DNA from: Chitinophagaceae bacterium | Lineage (GTDB): Bacteria; Bacteroidota; Bacteroidia; Chitinophagales; Chitinophagaceae | DNA: 64,000 nucleotides | Direction: 5' to 3' | Assembly: GCA_965263285.1 (NCBI GenBank) | Contig: CBDHHD010000016.1 | Coordinates: forward strand, 2,005,859-2,069,858 | Shown here: positions 1 to 13,200 of the stretch, piece after piece | Numbering within the stretch: the stretch's first letter is position 1 | Layout: every line of letters starts with the position of its first letter | The notes under the pieces: generated by a model | Databases searched by the model: none | Seen by the model: only the letters and a program-made list of their open reading frames with translations | What the model was told of the DNA's origin: nothing | Program-made: the position numbers and the translations under genes

Positions 1-3000
1 TTTATAGTAGCAAGAGTGATGTAGAAAATAAGATATTAAGTGCAATAAGATATTCGTTTCAATTAGATAAGGAATTGCCTATACAGATAAAGTTTTTTAT
101 ACCTAAAAAGAAAGATGATATAATCGTATTAACGATAGTGATTCATCATATAGCTTTTGATGGATGGTCTGTAGAGGTGTTTCAAAAAGAAGTGTATCAG
201 GCGTATCAATTATTAATGAATCATCAACCATTAATACATACGACTACTATACAATACAAGGATTATGCTTTATGGCAAAGGATTTTTTTGCAAGGGGAAC
301 GATACGAGAAAGGATTTAGTTATTGGAAAGGGCAATTAGATGGATATAATAATAGTCATTTGCCTATTGATTTTTCTCGTCCTCTAGAAGTTAACTATGA
401 GGGAGATGCTATTGTTGCTTTGTTGTCAAAAGAAACTAGTCAAAATTTAAAAGCAGTAGCTAAAGAATTAAATGCAAGTCTATACAGTGTTTTGCTATCT
501 GGTTATTATTTGTTTTTGTCTGCCTATAGCAATGATCAAGATATTGTGGTAGGCTCGCCTTTTGCAAATAGGCACTATGCAGGTACGGAAGATATGATTG
601 GCTTTTTTGTAAATAGCTTAGCTTTGAGAGTACAAATAGATTTCAAAGATACCTTGAAAGCATATATTGAAAAGGTAAATGCTATTGTTACGCAGGGGCA
701 AAGCTATCAAGATATTCCTTTTGAGCAATTGGTAGAGGGATTACATGTAGAACGAGATACGAGTCGTCATCCTATTTTTCAAATTATGTTTGGAGTACAA
801 GATTTTGGTAGTGATGATACAACATTGTTTAAGTCTTATCAAAGTAACAGGATAAATATAATGCCAGTGAAATTTGATATAACTACGATGGTATCGGAAA
901 GAAATGATGGATTACAAATTTATTTTAACTATGCTATAGCACTCTATAAACGAGAAACAATAGAACAATTTATTAAGACATATGAATTTATTCTAACCCA
1001 GATAGTGAGAGATAGTTTAGACAATGGTTTAAACTCAGTAAGATTTATTGATGATAGAGAGTATAATTATCTTGTATATGATTACAATAAAACTGAAAAA
1101 GAATACCCTAAAGATAAAACGATACATCAGCTATTTGAAGAGCAAGTAGCAAGAACGCCGAATAATATAGCGGTGGTATTTGAGGAGAAGCAACTAACCT
1201 ACCAAGAGTTGAATAGTATAGCTAATCAATTAGCTTATTATTTGCACAACAATTACAATACTAAAGCAGATGATATTATTTGTTTGTTGTTAGAGCGAAG
1301 CGAATGGATGATTATTGCCATCTTAGGAGTGCTTAAGAGTGGAGCTGCTTATTGTCCTATCTCACCCGAGTATCCAGAAGAGCGGATATTGTTTATTTTA
1401 CACGATACTCAGCCTAAGTGTTTAATTACAAATTGCAAATTGAAAATTGAAAATGTTCAGTTTCCAATTGTTAATGTAACAGATGAACAATTTCTAAAAG
1501 AATTATATTCATTAACCATTAACCATTTACCATTAATTATTAGTCCTCATGCGTTAGCCTATATTATCTATACTTCAGGTACAACGGGAAATCCTAAGGG
1601 GGTGATGATAGAGCATCTATCTGTAATAAATCTTAGGTATGCTTTAGATAATATATTTGTGTTACAAGATAGAGAAAGGATTATTAATTTTTCGTCATAT
1701 ATTTTTGATGCATCTGTAGATCAGTTTTTTTTGTCTCTTTTAAGAGGATTTGTTCTATTTATTATATCAGAAAGATTAATACAAGATGTAGATAGTTTAA
1801 TTAGTTTTATAAACAAAAATGAGATTACTCATTTTCTTACAACGCCTTCTTATTTTGATAGTTTTCCAATAGTGCCATTACCAACATTAAATAGATTAGT
1901 TCTTGGAGGTGAGCGATTGACAAATAAAATAAAAAATAAAGCATATAAAATAATATCAGATAATACACTTTTCTTTAATAAATATGGTCCTACAGAGACT
2001 ACTGTAACGAGCCTTGTATCCATATTAAGGGATACAAGTGATTTAAATATAGGAGCTCCCATATCGAATACTTGTATATATATAGTAAATAAAGAGGGTC
2101 TTTTATTACCTCAAGGATCTATGGGCGAATTGTACATTGGAGGTGATGGTGTAGCAAGAGGCTATTTGAATAGACCTGAATTAACTGCGGAAAGATTTAT
2201 TAAGAATCCTTTTCAAACAGAAGAAGATAAAAAGAAAGATAGAAATAGCAAACTCTACAAGACAGGTGATTTGGTTAGAATGCTCCCCGATGGCAATATT
2301 GAATATATAGGGAGAAATGACTTTCAAGTGAAGATAAGGGGCTATAGAATTGAATTAGGAGAGATAGAGACTAGGATTCAAGGATTTCAGACTAGGATTG
2401 AAGGATTAAAGGATGAACAAGTTATTGAACAAGCCGTGGTGTTGGTTAATGAGAAAGGAGATAATAAATACTTAGTGGGATATTTTGTTGCTAAGGAGCA
2501 AGTGGATGTAGAAGAATTAATAAGTTACCTATCTAAGCAATTGCCTGAATACATGGTGCCTACAGTACTGGTGCAAATAGAGCAAATGCCTTTAACGGTG
2601 AATGGCAAATTGGATAGAAAGGCATTGTTAGCCATAGAATATAACCTTACTGATAGCAAAGAATACAAAGCACCTAAAAATGAATTAGAACAACAGCTAC
2701 TATCTATTTGGGAGAAATTATTAGGAAATAATAATATAGGAGTACAAGATGATTTTTTTAGGGTAGGTGGAGATAGCATTAAATCTATTCAGTTGAGTAG
2801 CAGAGTGAGAAGTGAATTAGGAAAGGAGTTAAGTGTGAAGGATGTTTTTGAACATAGAACCATCGAAAGAATGGTAGCGCATGTATTGAGTAGCCATCAA
2901 ATTAAAGTGTATCTATCTGAACAAGGCAAACTATCAGGCGAGTTGCCCTTATTGCCGATACAACAATATTTTTTTGAATTAAAACTGACTAATGAGCATC

Positions 3001-4206
3001 ATTATAATCAATCTTTTTTAATAGAGACCCCAGAATTAGAGATAGAAAAATTGAAGATAGCGATAGAAAAAGTTATTGAACAGCATGATGCATTTAGACT
3101 TGCCTATAGAAAAGATGCAGAAGGAAATATTATTCAATATTACGATAGCGAGAAAGAAGCCATACCATTAGATGTTCTTGATATTAGCGAATGGAATGTG
3201 CAAGAAGGAACTGTTGTATTTGAAGAGAAATTAAAAAAGCAATACACGAGTTGGCAAGATGGTTTTAACATCTACGAAGGGAAGACCTATCAGATATCTT
3301 ATATATGGGGATATAAAAATAAGACTGCGAGAATATTTATTGCCGCACATCATCTTATTATTGATGCAGTGAGTTGGCGTATTTTGTTGGAAGATATAGA
3401 AACAGTGTATGCAGGCAAGAAGCTATTAGCTAAACGAACGAGCTATCGCCAATGGGCAAATTTGGGGAAAGAGTACATAATAAAATATCCCAATGAATTA
3501 AGCTATTGGGAAGGTGTAGAGAATAAAGTCCAAGAAAATATAATAAAACTCTTATCAAAGACTACTATACAAGAAGAGGATTATATTACAACTATTGCAA
3601 TAGATAGAGATATAACTAGTTATTTGTTATTATCTGCGAATCAAGTATTTCACACAGAGGTAAATGATTTGTTGTTAACTGCCTTAGCAAGAGCCTTAGG
3701 AAAGTTATTTAATGAGCAGGAAATATCTATTTTATTAGAAGGTCATGGGAGAGAGTCGTTACAAGACGATATAGATATTTCTAAGACAATGGGCTGGTTT
3801 ACGAGTATTATACCTATTCATTTGCCTATACATGATGATGTACAAGAGTCAATTATTGAAGTAAAGGAGGAGTTGAGAAGAATCCCCAATAAAGGTATTG
3901 GCTATGGATTTATAAGAGGGTATAAGCATTTGCCAAAGATTAGCTTCAACTACTTGGGGGTATTTAAGAAAGAAGAGCAACAAGATTGGTTTTTAACAAA
4001 CGAATCAAGTGGGATGTCGGTATCTAATAAAAATAAAAGCAATCTTTGGTTAGATATCAATGGGGGAGTGGGTGCAAATGGTGTTTTGGGATTTTCAATA
4101 CGAGGAAGGCTGACTAAGGAATATATAGATAATCTTTCAATATATTTTAAGCAAGAAATGATTGTTATTACTAATTATATTCAGTCAGTCAATAGATCTT
4201 ATCTTA
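1..4206 (+). other. Gene 1 module 1 (window numbering): C(partial)-A-T-E
   Basis: C HHIAFDG (His codons 144-149). A motifs YTSGTTGNPKG (~1570-1602), YKTGD, GRNDFQVKIRGYRIELGEIE, NGKLDRK (~2600). T GGDS with Ser codon 2775-2777. E motifs PIQQYFF, HHLIID (His 3348-3353), EGHGRE, GWFTS, FNYLG. Manual pocket code DADLVGKVTK (unassigned). Confidence 0.85.
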
Positions 4207-7200
4207 CTACAAGTGATACGAATTATATAGTAAGCAAAGATTTGCTCAATAGATTGCAACAAGAAAATGAGATGCAAGCTATTTATGTAACCAATAGTTT
4301 GCAAGCAGGATTTATCTATCATTATTTGAGTAAGTCTGAAGGAGACGATGCGTATAAGGTTCAGTTATTATGGAAATATAAAAGCCAAGTGAATGAGGAT
4401 TATTTTATTCAGTCATGGCAACAAGCATTAGATCGTTATCCTGGGTTAAGAGTTCGGTTTAATTGGGAAGAAGAGATAGTGCAGATTATAGATAAGAAGA
4501 TAACATTAGATTATCGATTTAGAGATATTCAGCATAAGAGAAATAAAGAAAAAGCGATAGAGGGTATTCGAATAGTAGATAGGAAAGAGGACTATGATTT
4601 AGCGAAGGGTAATTTATTAAGGGTTTATTTGATACAAGTAGATAAAGAAGAGTTTGTGGTTTTATATAGTAATCACCATGCGATAAGTGATGGGTGGAGT
4701 AATCCTAATTTATTAAATTATATTCATGAAGTTTATAATAGTTTAATAAATCAAAATACACCAGTTGAATTATTAGAGGAGCAAGCCTATTTGAGGGCAC
4801 AAGAATATCTGCAAGTAAAAAGTAAAAATAATACACATGATAGATGGTGGGTAGATTATCTATCTGGTGTAGAAAGAACGATAGAAGTAAGGGGATTGAG
4901 AAAACAAGAGGCGAACGGTATTAATCTGTTAGACTACAAATTTATTCAAGAACCCATCTCAAAAGGGGTTAAGATAAGAGATAAGGAATACAGAGCTTTG
5001 TCAAGTTTTATTAAACAAGAAGGACTTACCTGGAGTAATCTCATCATGTGGTGTTGGAGCAAGGCATTAAGTGTATATGACAACAGAAATGACAATATTA
5101 TTGGCATAACGCTTTCAGGCAGAGGGTTACCAATTAATGATATAGAGCAATCGGTAGGTTTGTATATTAACACGCTACCCTTGGTAGTGCGACATGATTC
5201 TAATGAGAGCATATTAAATATATTAAAGAATATTCAGAAAGATACGGAGCAATTGAATCAGTTAACGCATACTCATTTAAGTGGTTTACATAGCAATGCT
5301 TCAGATCGTTTATTTGCAACAATGGTAGTGTATGAGAATTATCCTATACCTACAAACAAAGACAATCAAGAATCGAATACATTAATGCCTATATTTTTAT
5401 CATCAGTAGAAAAGACAGATTATCCATTGACTGTATTGGCTTATGAGAAAGATGATGTGCTTAGTTTAGGAATTAAATATGCGGGAGAGTTATTTGAGGA
5501 GAAGCAAATAGAAAGGCTATTAAAATTAATGTCTTTGTTATTACAACAAATCCCTATTTGTTACAATAAATTAGAACAAGAACTTAGATTAATAGATAAT
5601 GAAGAATACAATTATCTTGTATACGATTATAATAAAACAGAAAAAGAATACCCTAAAGATAAAACGATACATCAGCTATTTGAAGAGCAAGTAGAAAGAA
5701 CGCCGAATAATATAGCGGTGGTATTTGAGGAGAAGCAACTAACCTACCAAGAGTTGAATAGTATAGCTAATCAATTAGCTTATTATTTGCACAACAATTA
5801 CAATACTAAAGCAGATGATATTATTTGTTTGTTGTTAGAGCGAAGCGAATGGATGATTATTGCCATCTTAGGAGTGCTTAAGAGTGGAGCTGCTTATTGT
5901 CCTATCTCACCCGAGTATCCAGAAGAGCGGATATTGTTTATTTTACACGATACTCAGCCTAAGTGTTTAATTACAAATTGCAAATTGAAAATTGAAAATG
6001 TTCAGTTTCCAATTGTTAATTTAACAGATGAACAATTTCTAAAAGAATTATATTCATTAACCATTAACCATTTACCATTAATTATTAGTCCTCATGCGTT
6101 AGCCTATATTATCTATACTTCAGGTACAACGGGAAATCCTAAGGGGGTGATGATAGAGCATCTATCTGTAATAAATCTTAGGTATGCTTTAGATAATATA
6201 TTTGTGTTACAAGATAGAGAAAGGATTATTAATTTTTCGTCATATATTTTTGATGCATCTGTAGATCAGTTTTTTTTGTCTCTTTTAAGAGGATTTGTTC
6301 TATTTATTATATCAGAAAGATTAATACAAGATGTAGATAGTTTAATTAGTTTTATAAACAAAAATGAGATTACTCATTTTCTTACAACGCCTTCTTATTT
6401 TGATAGTTTTCCAATAGTGCCATTACCAACATTAAATAGATTAGTTCTTGGAGGTGAGCGATTGACAAATAAAATAAAAAATAAAGCATATAAAATAATA
6501 TCAGATAATACACTTTTCTTTAATAAATATGGTCCTACAGAGACTACTGTAACGAGCCTTGTATCCATATTAAGGGATACAAGTGATTTAAATATAGGAG
6601 CTCCCATATCGAATACTTGTATATATATAGTAAATAAAGAGGGTCTTTTATTACCTCAAGGATCTATGGGCGAATTGTACATTGGAGGTGATGGTGTAGC
6701 AAGAGGCTATTTGAATAGACCTGAATTAACTGCGGAAAGATTTATTAAGAATCCTTTTCAAACAGAAGAAGAAAAACAACAAAATAGAAATGGGCGACTA
6801 TATAAAACAGGAGACATAGTGCGAATGCTACCCGATGGCAATATTGAATATATAGGGAGAAATGACTTTCAAGTGAAGATAAGGGGCTATAGAATTGAAT
6901 TAGGAGAGATAGAGATTAGGATTCAAGGATTTCAGACTAGGATTGAAGGATTAAAGGATGAACAAGTTATTGAACAAGTCGTGGTGTTGGTTAATGAGAA
7001 AGAAGATAATAAATATTTAGTGGGTTATTTTGTGGCTAAGGAACAAGTGGATGTAGAAGAATTGAGAAGTTATCTCTCTAAGCAATTGCCTGAATATATG
7101 GTACCTACAGGATTGGTGCAAATAGAGCAAATGCCTTTAACGGTGAATGGCAAACTGGATAGAAAGGTATTATTAGCCATAGAATATAACCTTGCTGATA

Positions 7201-10200
7201 GCAAAGAATACAAAGCACCTAAAAATGAATTAGAACAACAGCTACTATCTATTTGGGAGAAATTATTAGGAAATAATAATATAGGAGTACAAGATGATTT
7301 TTTTAGGGTAGGTGGAGATAGCATTAAATCTATTCAGTTGAGTAGCAGAGTGAGAAGTGAATTAGGAAAGGAGTTAAGTGTGAAGGATATTTTTGAACAT
7401 AGAACCATCGAAAGAATGGTAGCGCATGTATTGAGTAACCATCAAATTAAAGTGTATCTATCTGAACAAGGCAAACTATCAGGCGAGTTGCCCTTATTGC
7501 CGATACAACAATATTTTTTTGAATTAAAACTGACTAATGAGCATCATTATAATCAATCTTTTTTAATAGAGACCCCAGAATTAGAGATAGAAAAATTGAA
7601 GATAGCGATAGAAAAAGTTGTTGAGCAGCATGATGCATTCAGACTTACCTATAGAAAAGATGCAGAAGGAAATATTATTCAATATTATGATAGTAAGAAA
7701 GAAGCCATACCATTAGATGTTCTTGATATTAGCGAATGGAATGTGCAAGAAGGAACTGTTGTATTTGAAGAGAAATTAAAAAGGCAATATACGAGTTGGC
7801 AAGATGGTTTTAACATCTACGAAGGGAAGACCTATCAGATATCTTATATATGGGGATATAAAAATAAGATAGCGAGAATATTTATTGCTGCACATCATCT
7901 TATTATTGATGCAGTGAGTTGGCGTATTTTGTTGGAAGATATAGAAACAGTGTATACAGGCAAGAAGCTATTAGCTAAACGAACCAGCTATCGCCAATGG
8001 GTAAATTTGGGGAAAGAGTACATAATAAAATATCCCAATGAATTAAACTATTGGGAAGGTGTAGAGAAGAAGGTGCAAGAGAATATAATAAAACTCTCAT
8101 CAAAGATTATTATACAAGAAGAGAGTTGTTTTACAACTATTGCAATAGATAGAGATATAACTAGTTATTTGTTATTATCTGCGAATCAAGTATTTCACAC
8201 AGAGGTAAATGATTTGTTGTTAACTGCCTTAGCAAGAGCCTTAGGAAAGTTATTTAATGAGCAGGAAATATCTATTTTATTAGAAGGTCATGGGAGAGAG
8301 TCGTTACAAGACGATATAGATATTTCCAAGACAATGGGCTGGTTTACGAGTATTATACCTATTCATTTGCCTATATATGATAATGTGCAAGAGTCAATTA
8401 TTGAAGTAAAGGAGGAGTTGAGAAGAATCCCCAATAAAGGTATTGGCTATGGATTTATAAAAGGGTATAAGCATTTGCCAAAGATTAGCTTCAACTACTT
8501 GGGAGTATTTAAGAAAGAAGAGCAACAAGATTGGTTTTTAACAAATGAATCAAGTGGGATGTCGGTATCTAATAAAAATAAAAGCAATCTTTGGTTAGAT
8601 ATCAATGGGGGAGTGGGTGCAAATGGTGTTTTGGGATTTTCAATACGAGGAAGGCTGACTAAGGAATATATAGATAATCTTTCAATATATTTTAAGCAAG
8701 AAATGATTGTTATTACTAATTATATTCAGTCAGTCAATAGATCTTATCTTACTACAAGTGATACGAATTATATAGTAAGCAAAGATTTGCTCAATAGATT
8801 GCAACAAGAAAATGAGATGCAAGCTATTTATGTAACCAATAGTTTGCAAGCAGGATTTATCTATCATTATTTGAGTAAGTCTGAAGGAGACGATGCGTAT
8901 AAGGTTCAGTTATTATGGAAATATAAAAGCCAAGTGAATGAGGATTATTTTATTCAGTCATGGCAACAAGCCTTAGATCGTTATCCTGGGTTAAGAGTTC
9001 GGTTTAATTGGGAAGAAGAGATAGTGCAGATTATAGATAAGAAGGTAACATTAGATTATCGTTTTAGAGATATTCAGGATAAGAGAAATAAAGAAAAAGC
9101 GATAGAGGGTATTCGAATAGAAGATAGGAAAGAGGACTATGATTTAGCGAAGGGTAATTTATTAAGGGTTTATTTGATACAAGTAGATAAAGAAGAGTTT
9201 GTGGTTTTATATAGTAATCATCATGCGATAAGTGATGGATGGAGTAATCCTAATTTATTAAATTATATTCATGAAGTTTATAATAGTTTAATAAATCAAA
9301 ATACACCAGTTGAACTATTAGAGGAGCAAGCCTATTTGAGGGCACAAGAATATCTGCAAGTAAAAAGTAAAAATAATATACATGATAAATGGTGGGTAGA
9401 TTATTTGTCTGGTGTAGAAAGAACGATAGAAGTAAGGGGATTGAGAAAACAAGAGGCGAACGGTATTAATCTGTTAGACTACAAATTTATTCAAGAACCC
9501 ATATCAAAAGGGGTTAAGATAAGAGATAAGGAATACAGAGCTTTGTCAAGTTTTATTAAACAAGAAGGACTTACCTGGAGTAATTTAATCATGTGGTGTT
9601 GGAGCAAGGCATTAAGTGTATATGACAACAGAAATGACAATATTATTGGTATAACGCTTTCAGGCAGAGGGTTACCAATTAATGATATAGAGCAATCCGT
9701 AGGCTTGTATATCAACACACTACCCTTGGTAGTGCGACATAGTTCTAATGAGAGCATATTAAATATATTAAAAAATATTCAGAAAGATACGGAGCAATTG
9801 AATCAGTTAACACATACTAATTTAAGTAGTTTACATAGTAATTCTTCAGATCGTTTATTTGCTACGATGGTAGTGTATGAGAATTATCCGATACCTACAA
9901 ACAAAGATAATCAAGAAGCGAATACATTAATGCCTATATTTTTATCTTCAGTAGAAAAGACAGATTATCCATTGACTGTATTGGCTTATGAGAAAGATGA
10001 TGTGCTTAGTTTAGGAATTAAATATGCGGGAGAGTTATTTGAGGAGAAGCAAATAGAAAGGCTATTAAAATTAATGTCTTTGTTATTACAACAAATCCCT
10101 ATTTGTTACAATAAATTAGAACAAGAACTTATACTAATAGATAATGAAGAATACAATTATCTTGTATACGATTATAATAAAACAGAAAAAGAATACCCTA

Positions 10201-13200
10201 AAGATAAAACGATACATCAGCTGTTTGAAGAGCAAGTAGCAAGAACACCGAATAATATAGCGGTGGTATTTGAGAAGAAGCAATTAACCTACCAAGAGTT
10301 GAATAGTATAGCTAATCAATTAGCAAATTATTTGCACAATAATTATCAAACTAAAGCAGACGATATTATTTGTTTGTTATTGGAGCGAAGTGAGTGGATG
10401 ATTATTTCTATTTTAGGAGTGCTTAAGAGTGGAGCTGCTTATTGTCCTATTTCTCCCGAATACCCTGAAGAGCGGATATTGTTTATTTTACAAGACACTC
10501 AACCTAAGTGCTTAATTACAAATTGCAAATTGAAAATTGAAAATGTTCAGTTTCCAATTGTTAATTTAACAGATGAACAATTTCTAAAAAAATTATATTC
10601 ATTAACCATTAACCATTTGCCATTAACTATTAGCTCTCGTTCTTTAGCGTATATTATCTATACCTCAGGAACAATAGGGAATCCTAAGGGGGTAATGGTG
10701 GAACATAGAAATGTAGTTAATCTTTTATATGCTACTGCGTATATTTTATATCCAATTAATCAAACATATCTAAGGGCAAGTGCGTTTACCCCTTATCAAT
10801 TTGATGTTTCTGTTAGTGAATTTTTAAGTCCTTTAGTACAAGGAGGCGAATTACATATTTTTAATGAATTAGCAATACAAAACATTTCATTTTTATCTCA
10901 ATATATTATAGAAAAATCTATTAATTATCTATATATCCCTCCTGTATTGCTATCACAACTTCCGCAACATATCTATCCAGAATTAAAACATATTATCTAT
11001 GCAGGAGAGCCATGTAATAGAAACATAGCTAATGATTGGTCGAAAAATTATTCGTTGTTTAATTATTATGGACCTACAGAGTCAACCATATATGCTTTGG
11101 GTAAACAAATTAATATAGATGAAGTAGAACAAATTGGGAAATCAATATACAATATAAAGATATATTTATTAAATACAAAACTTCAAGTTGCGCCAATAGG
11201 AAGCATTGTAGAATTATACATTGGAGGCGATGGTGTAGCAAGAGGATATTTGAATAGACCTGAATTAACTGCGGAACGGTTTATAAAAAACCCTTTTCAA
11301 ACAGAAGAAGATAAAAAGAAAAAACGAAATGACCGATTGTATAAGACAGGAGATTTAGTGCGAATGCTACCCGATGGCAATATTGAATATATAGGGAGGA
11401 ATGATTTTCAAGTGAAGATAAGAGGCTATCGAATTGAATTAGGGGAGATAGAGAATAGGATTCAAGGATTTCAGACTAGGATTGAAGGGTTAAAGGATGA
11501 ACAAGTTATTGAACAAGTCGTAGTATTGATTAATGAGAAAGGAGATAATAAATATTTAGTGGGGTATTTTGTGGCTAAGGAGCAAGTGGATGTAGAAGAA
11601 TTAAGAAGTTATCTCTCTAAGCAATTGCCCGAATATATGGTACCTACAGGATTGGTGCAAATAGAGCAGATGCCTTTAACGGTGAATGGCAAACTAGATA
11701 GAAAGGCATTATTAGCCATAGAATATAATCTTGCTGATAGCAATGAATATAAAGCTCCTACAAATGAATTAGAACAACAACTGCTATCTATTTGGGAGAA
11801 ATTATTAGGAAATAATAACATAGGAGTAGAAGATGATTTTTTTAGGGTAGGAGGAGATAGCATACGATCTATTCAATTGTCTAGCCAATTAAGAGCTCAT
11901 ATGGGAGTAGACATATCAGTGAAAGATATTTTTCAATATAGAACTATAGCGCAACTAAGTGAGCAGATATCTTTTAATTTTAGAGAGAAAGATGTTGTAA
12001 GAGAGACAGGTAGATTAGAGGGTGAGGTTGGACTTCTCCCTATTCAAAAATGGTTTTTTGAAAAAGATTATCCTAATCCTGATTATTTTAATCAAGCCTT
12101 TGAGATTAAGACAGAGCTTTTAAATAAGGAAGTTTTAATTCAAGCTATAGCTGACTTAGTGGATTATCACGATGCTTTTAGATTGTCGTATAAGAAAGAT
12201 GAGGCGGGGAATATTATTCAATACTATGATTCAACGAAACCGATGACTCCTGTTGTTTTTTATAATCTTACCAATTATAAAGATAAGGTATCTCAAAAGA
12301 GAATATGGTATAATCAAGGGCATCAGGAATTGGATAGATGGAAGGGTAACTTGTATAAGATATTCTATATGGAAGATGAAGAAGAAAAGAAAGCATATAT
12401 TGGTATGATTTTTCATCATTTAATAATAGATGGGGTGAGTTGGCGGATTTTATATGATGATTTATTTTTGTTATATCAGGGGAAGAGCTTGGGAGATAAG
12501 AAAACGAGCTATCGACAATGGGTGAATAGTTTACTGGAGTATAGCGCTCAGATAGATTCTTCTTGGGATGCCATATATAAGGAATGGGCAATACAATGGC
12601 AAGAACAAAATGAGGAATTTATAAGATGGTTAGACAATGAAGACAACTGTTTTGTAACAGTTAGCCTTAGTAAAGAAGAGACAGAGCAACTCATCTATCA
12701 AGGGAATAAGCCCTACCATACAGAAATTAATGATTTGTTATTGTATAGCTTAGCTGCGTCTTTTAGACAGGTATTTGGTAAAAGCGATTTGTTTATTACC
12801 TTAGAGAGTCATGGTCGCGAAGAATGGAAGGAAGAGATTAGAATAGGAAATACAATGGGATGGTTTACTACGATGCATCCTGTATGCTTATCTGTAGGAG
12901 AAGATATCTCTGAAAGTATTATAAGTATTAAAGAGCGACTTCATTCTATAGAAAGGAATGGTTTAGGATATGGTATTCGCTGGGGATATAGTCATATGCC
13001 TTGTGTTGTTTTTAATTACTTAGGGGTGATAGATGGGAAAGAGCGCCAACAATCATGGTCATTGAAAATAAAAGATACAGGCATTTGGGTAGATAGTAAA
13101 AACGTAACAATTCAAGAGAACAGATTGCAAATAGGATCGGTAGTAGAAAATGGTCAATTTAGATTTACGATGGCTGGTCGCTTAAGTAAAGAGAAGATGG

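Larger units (their letters stand above)
1060..10149 (+). repeat. Two tandem, near-identical copies of a 4,545-bp A-T-E-C module unit
   Basis: Copy 1 is ~1060-5604 and copy 2 is ~5605-10149. Every landmark codon is offset by exactly 4,545 nt (T Ser 2775/7320, E His 3348/7893, C His 4674/9219). Antisense ORFs 1850-2062 and 6395-6607 translate identically. Confidence 0.9.

Noticed and set aside
1725-1732. Homopolymeric T8 (with similar T7 tracts in FFRVGG codons) as a potential phase-variation switch.
   Set aside because: Such tracts follow from Phe codons in A+T-rich coding sequence. They recur identically in the repeat copies, and there is no evidence of length heterogeneity.
1850-2062. Numerous 60-112-aa antisense ORFs under the NRPS genes (for example 1850-2062, 2525-2779, 4946-5212 and their periodic copies).
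   Set aside because: They recur only because the underlying modules recur. Their translations look like mirror-strand artefacts of A+T-rich coding sequence, and they lie fully inside a strongly supported CDS.
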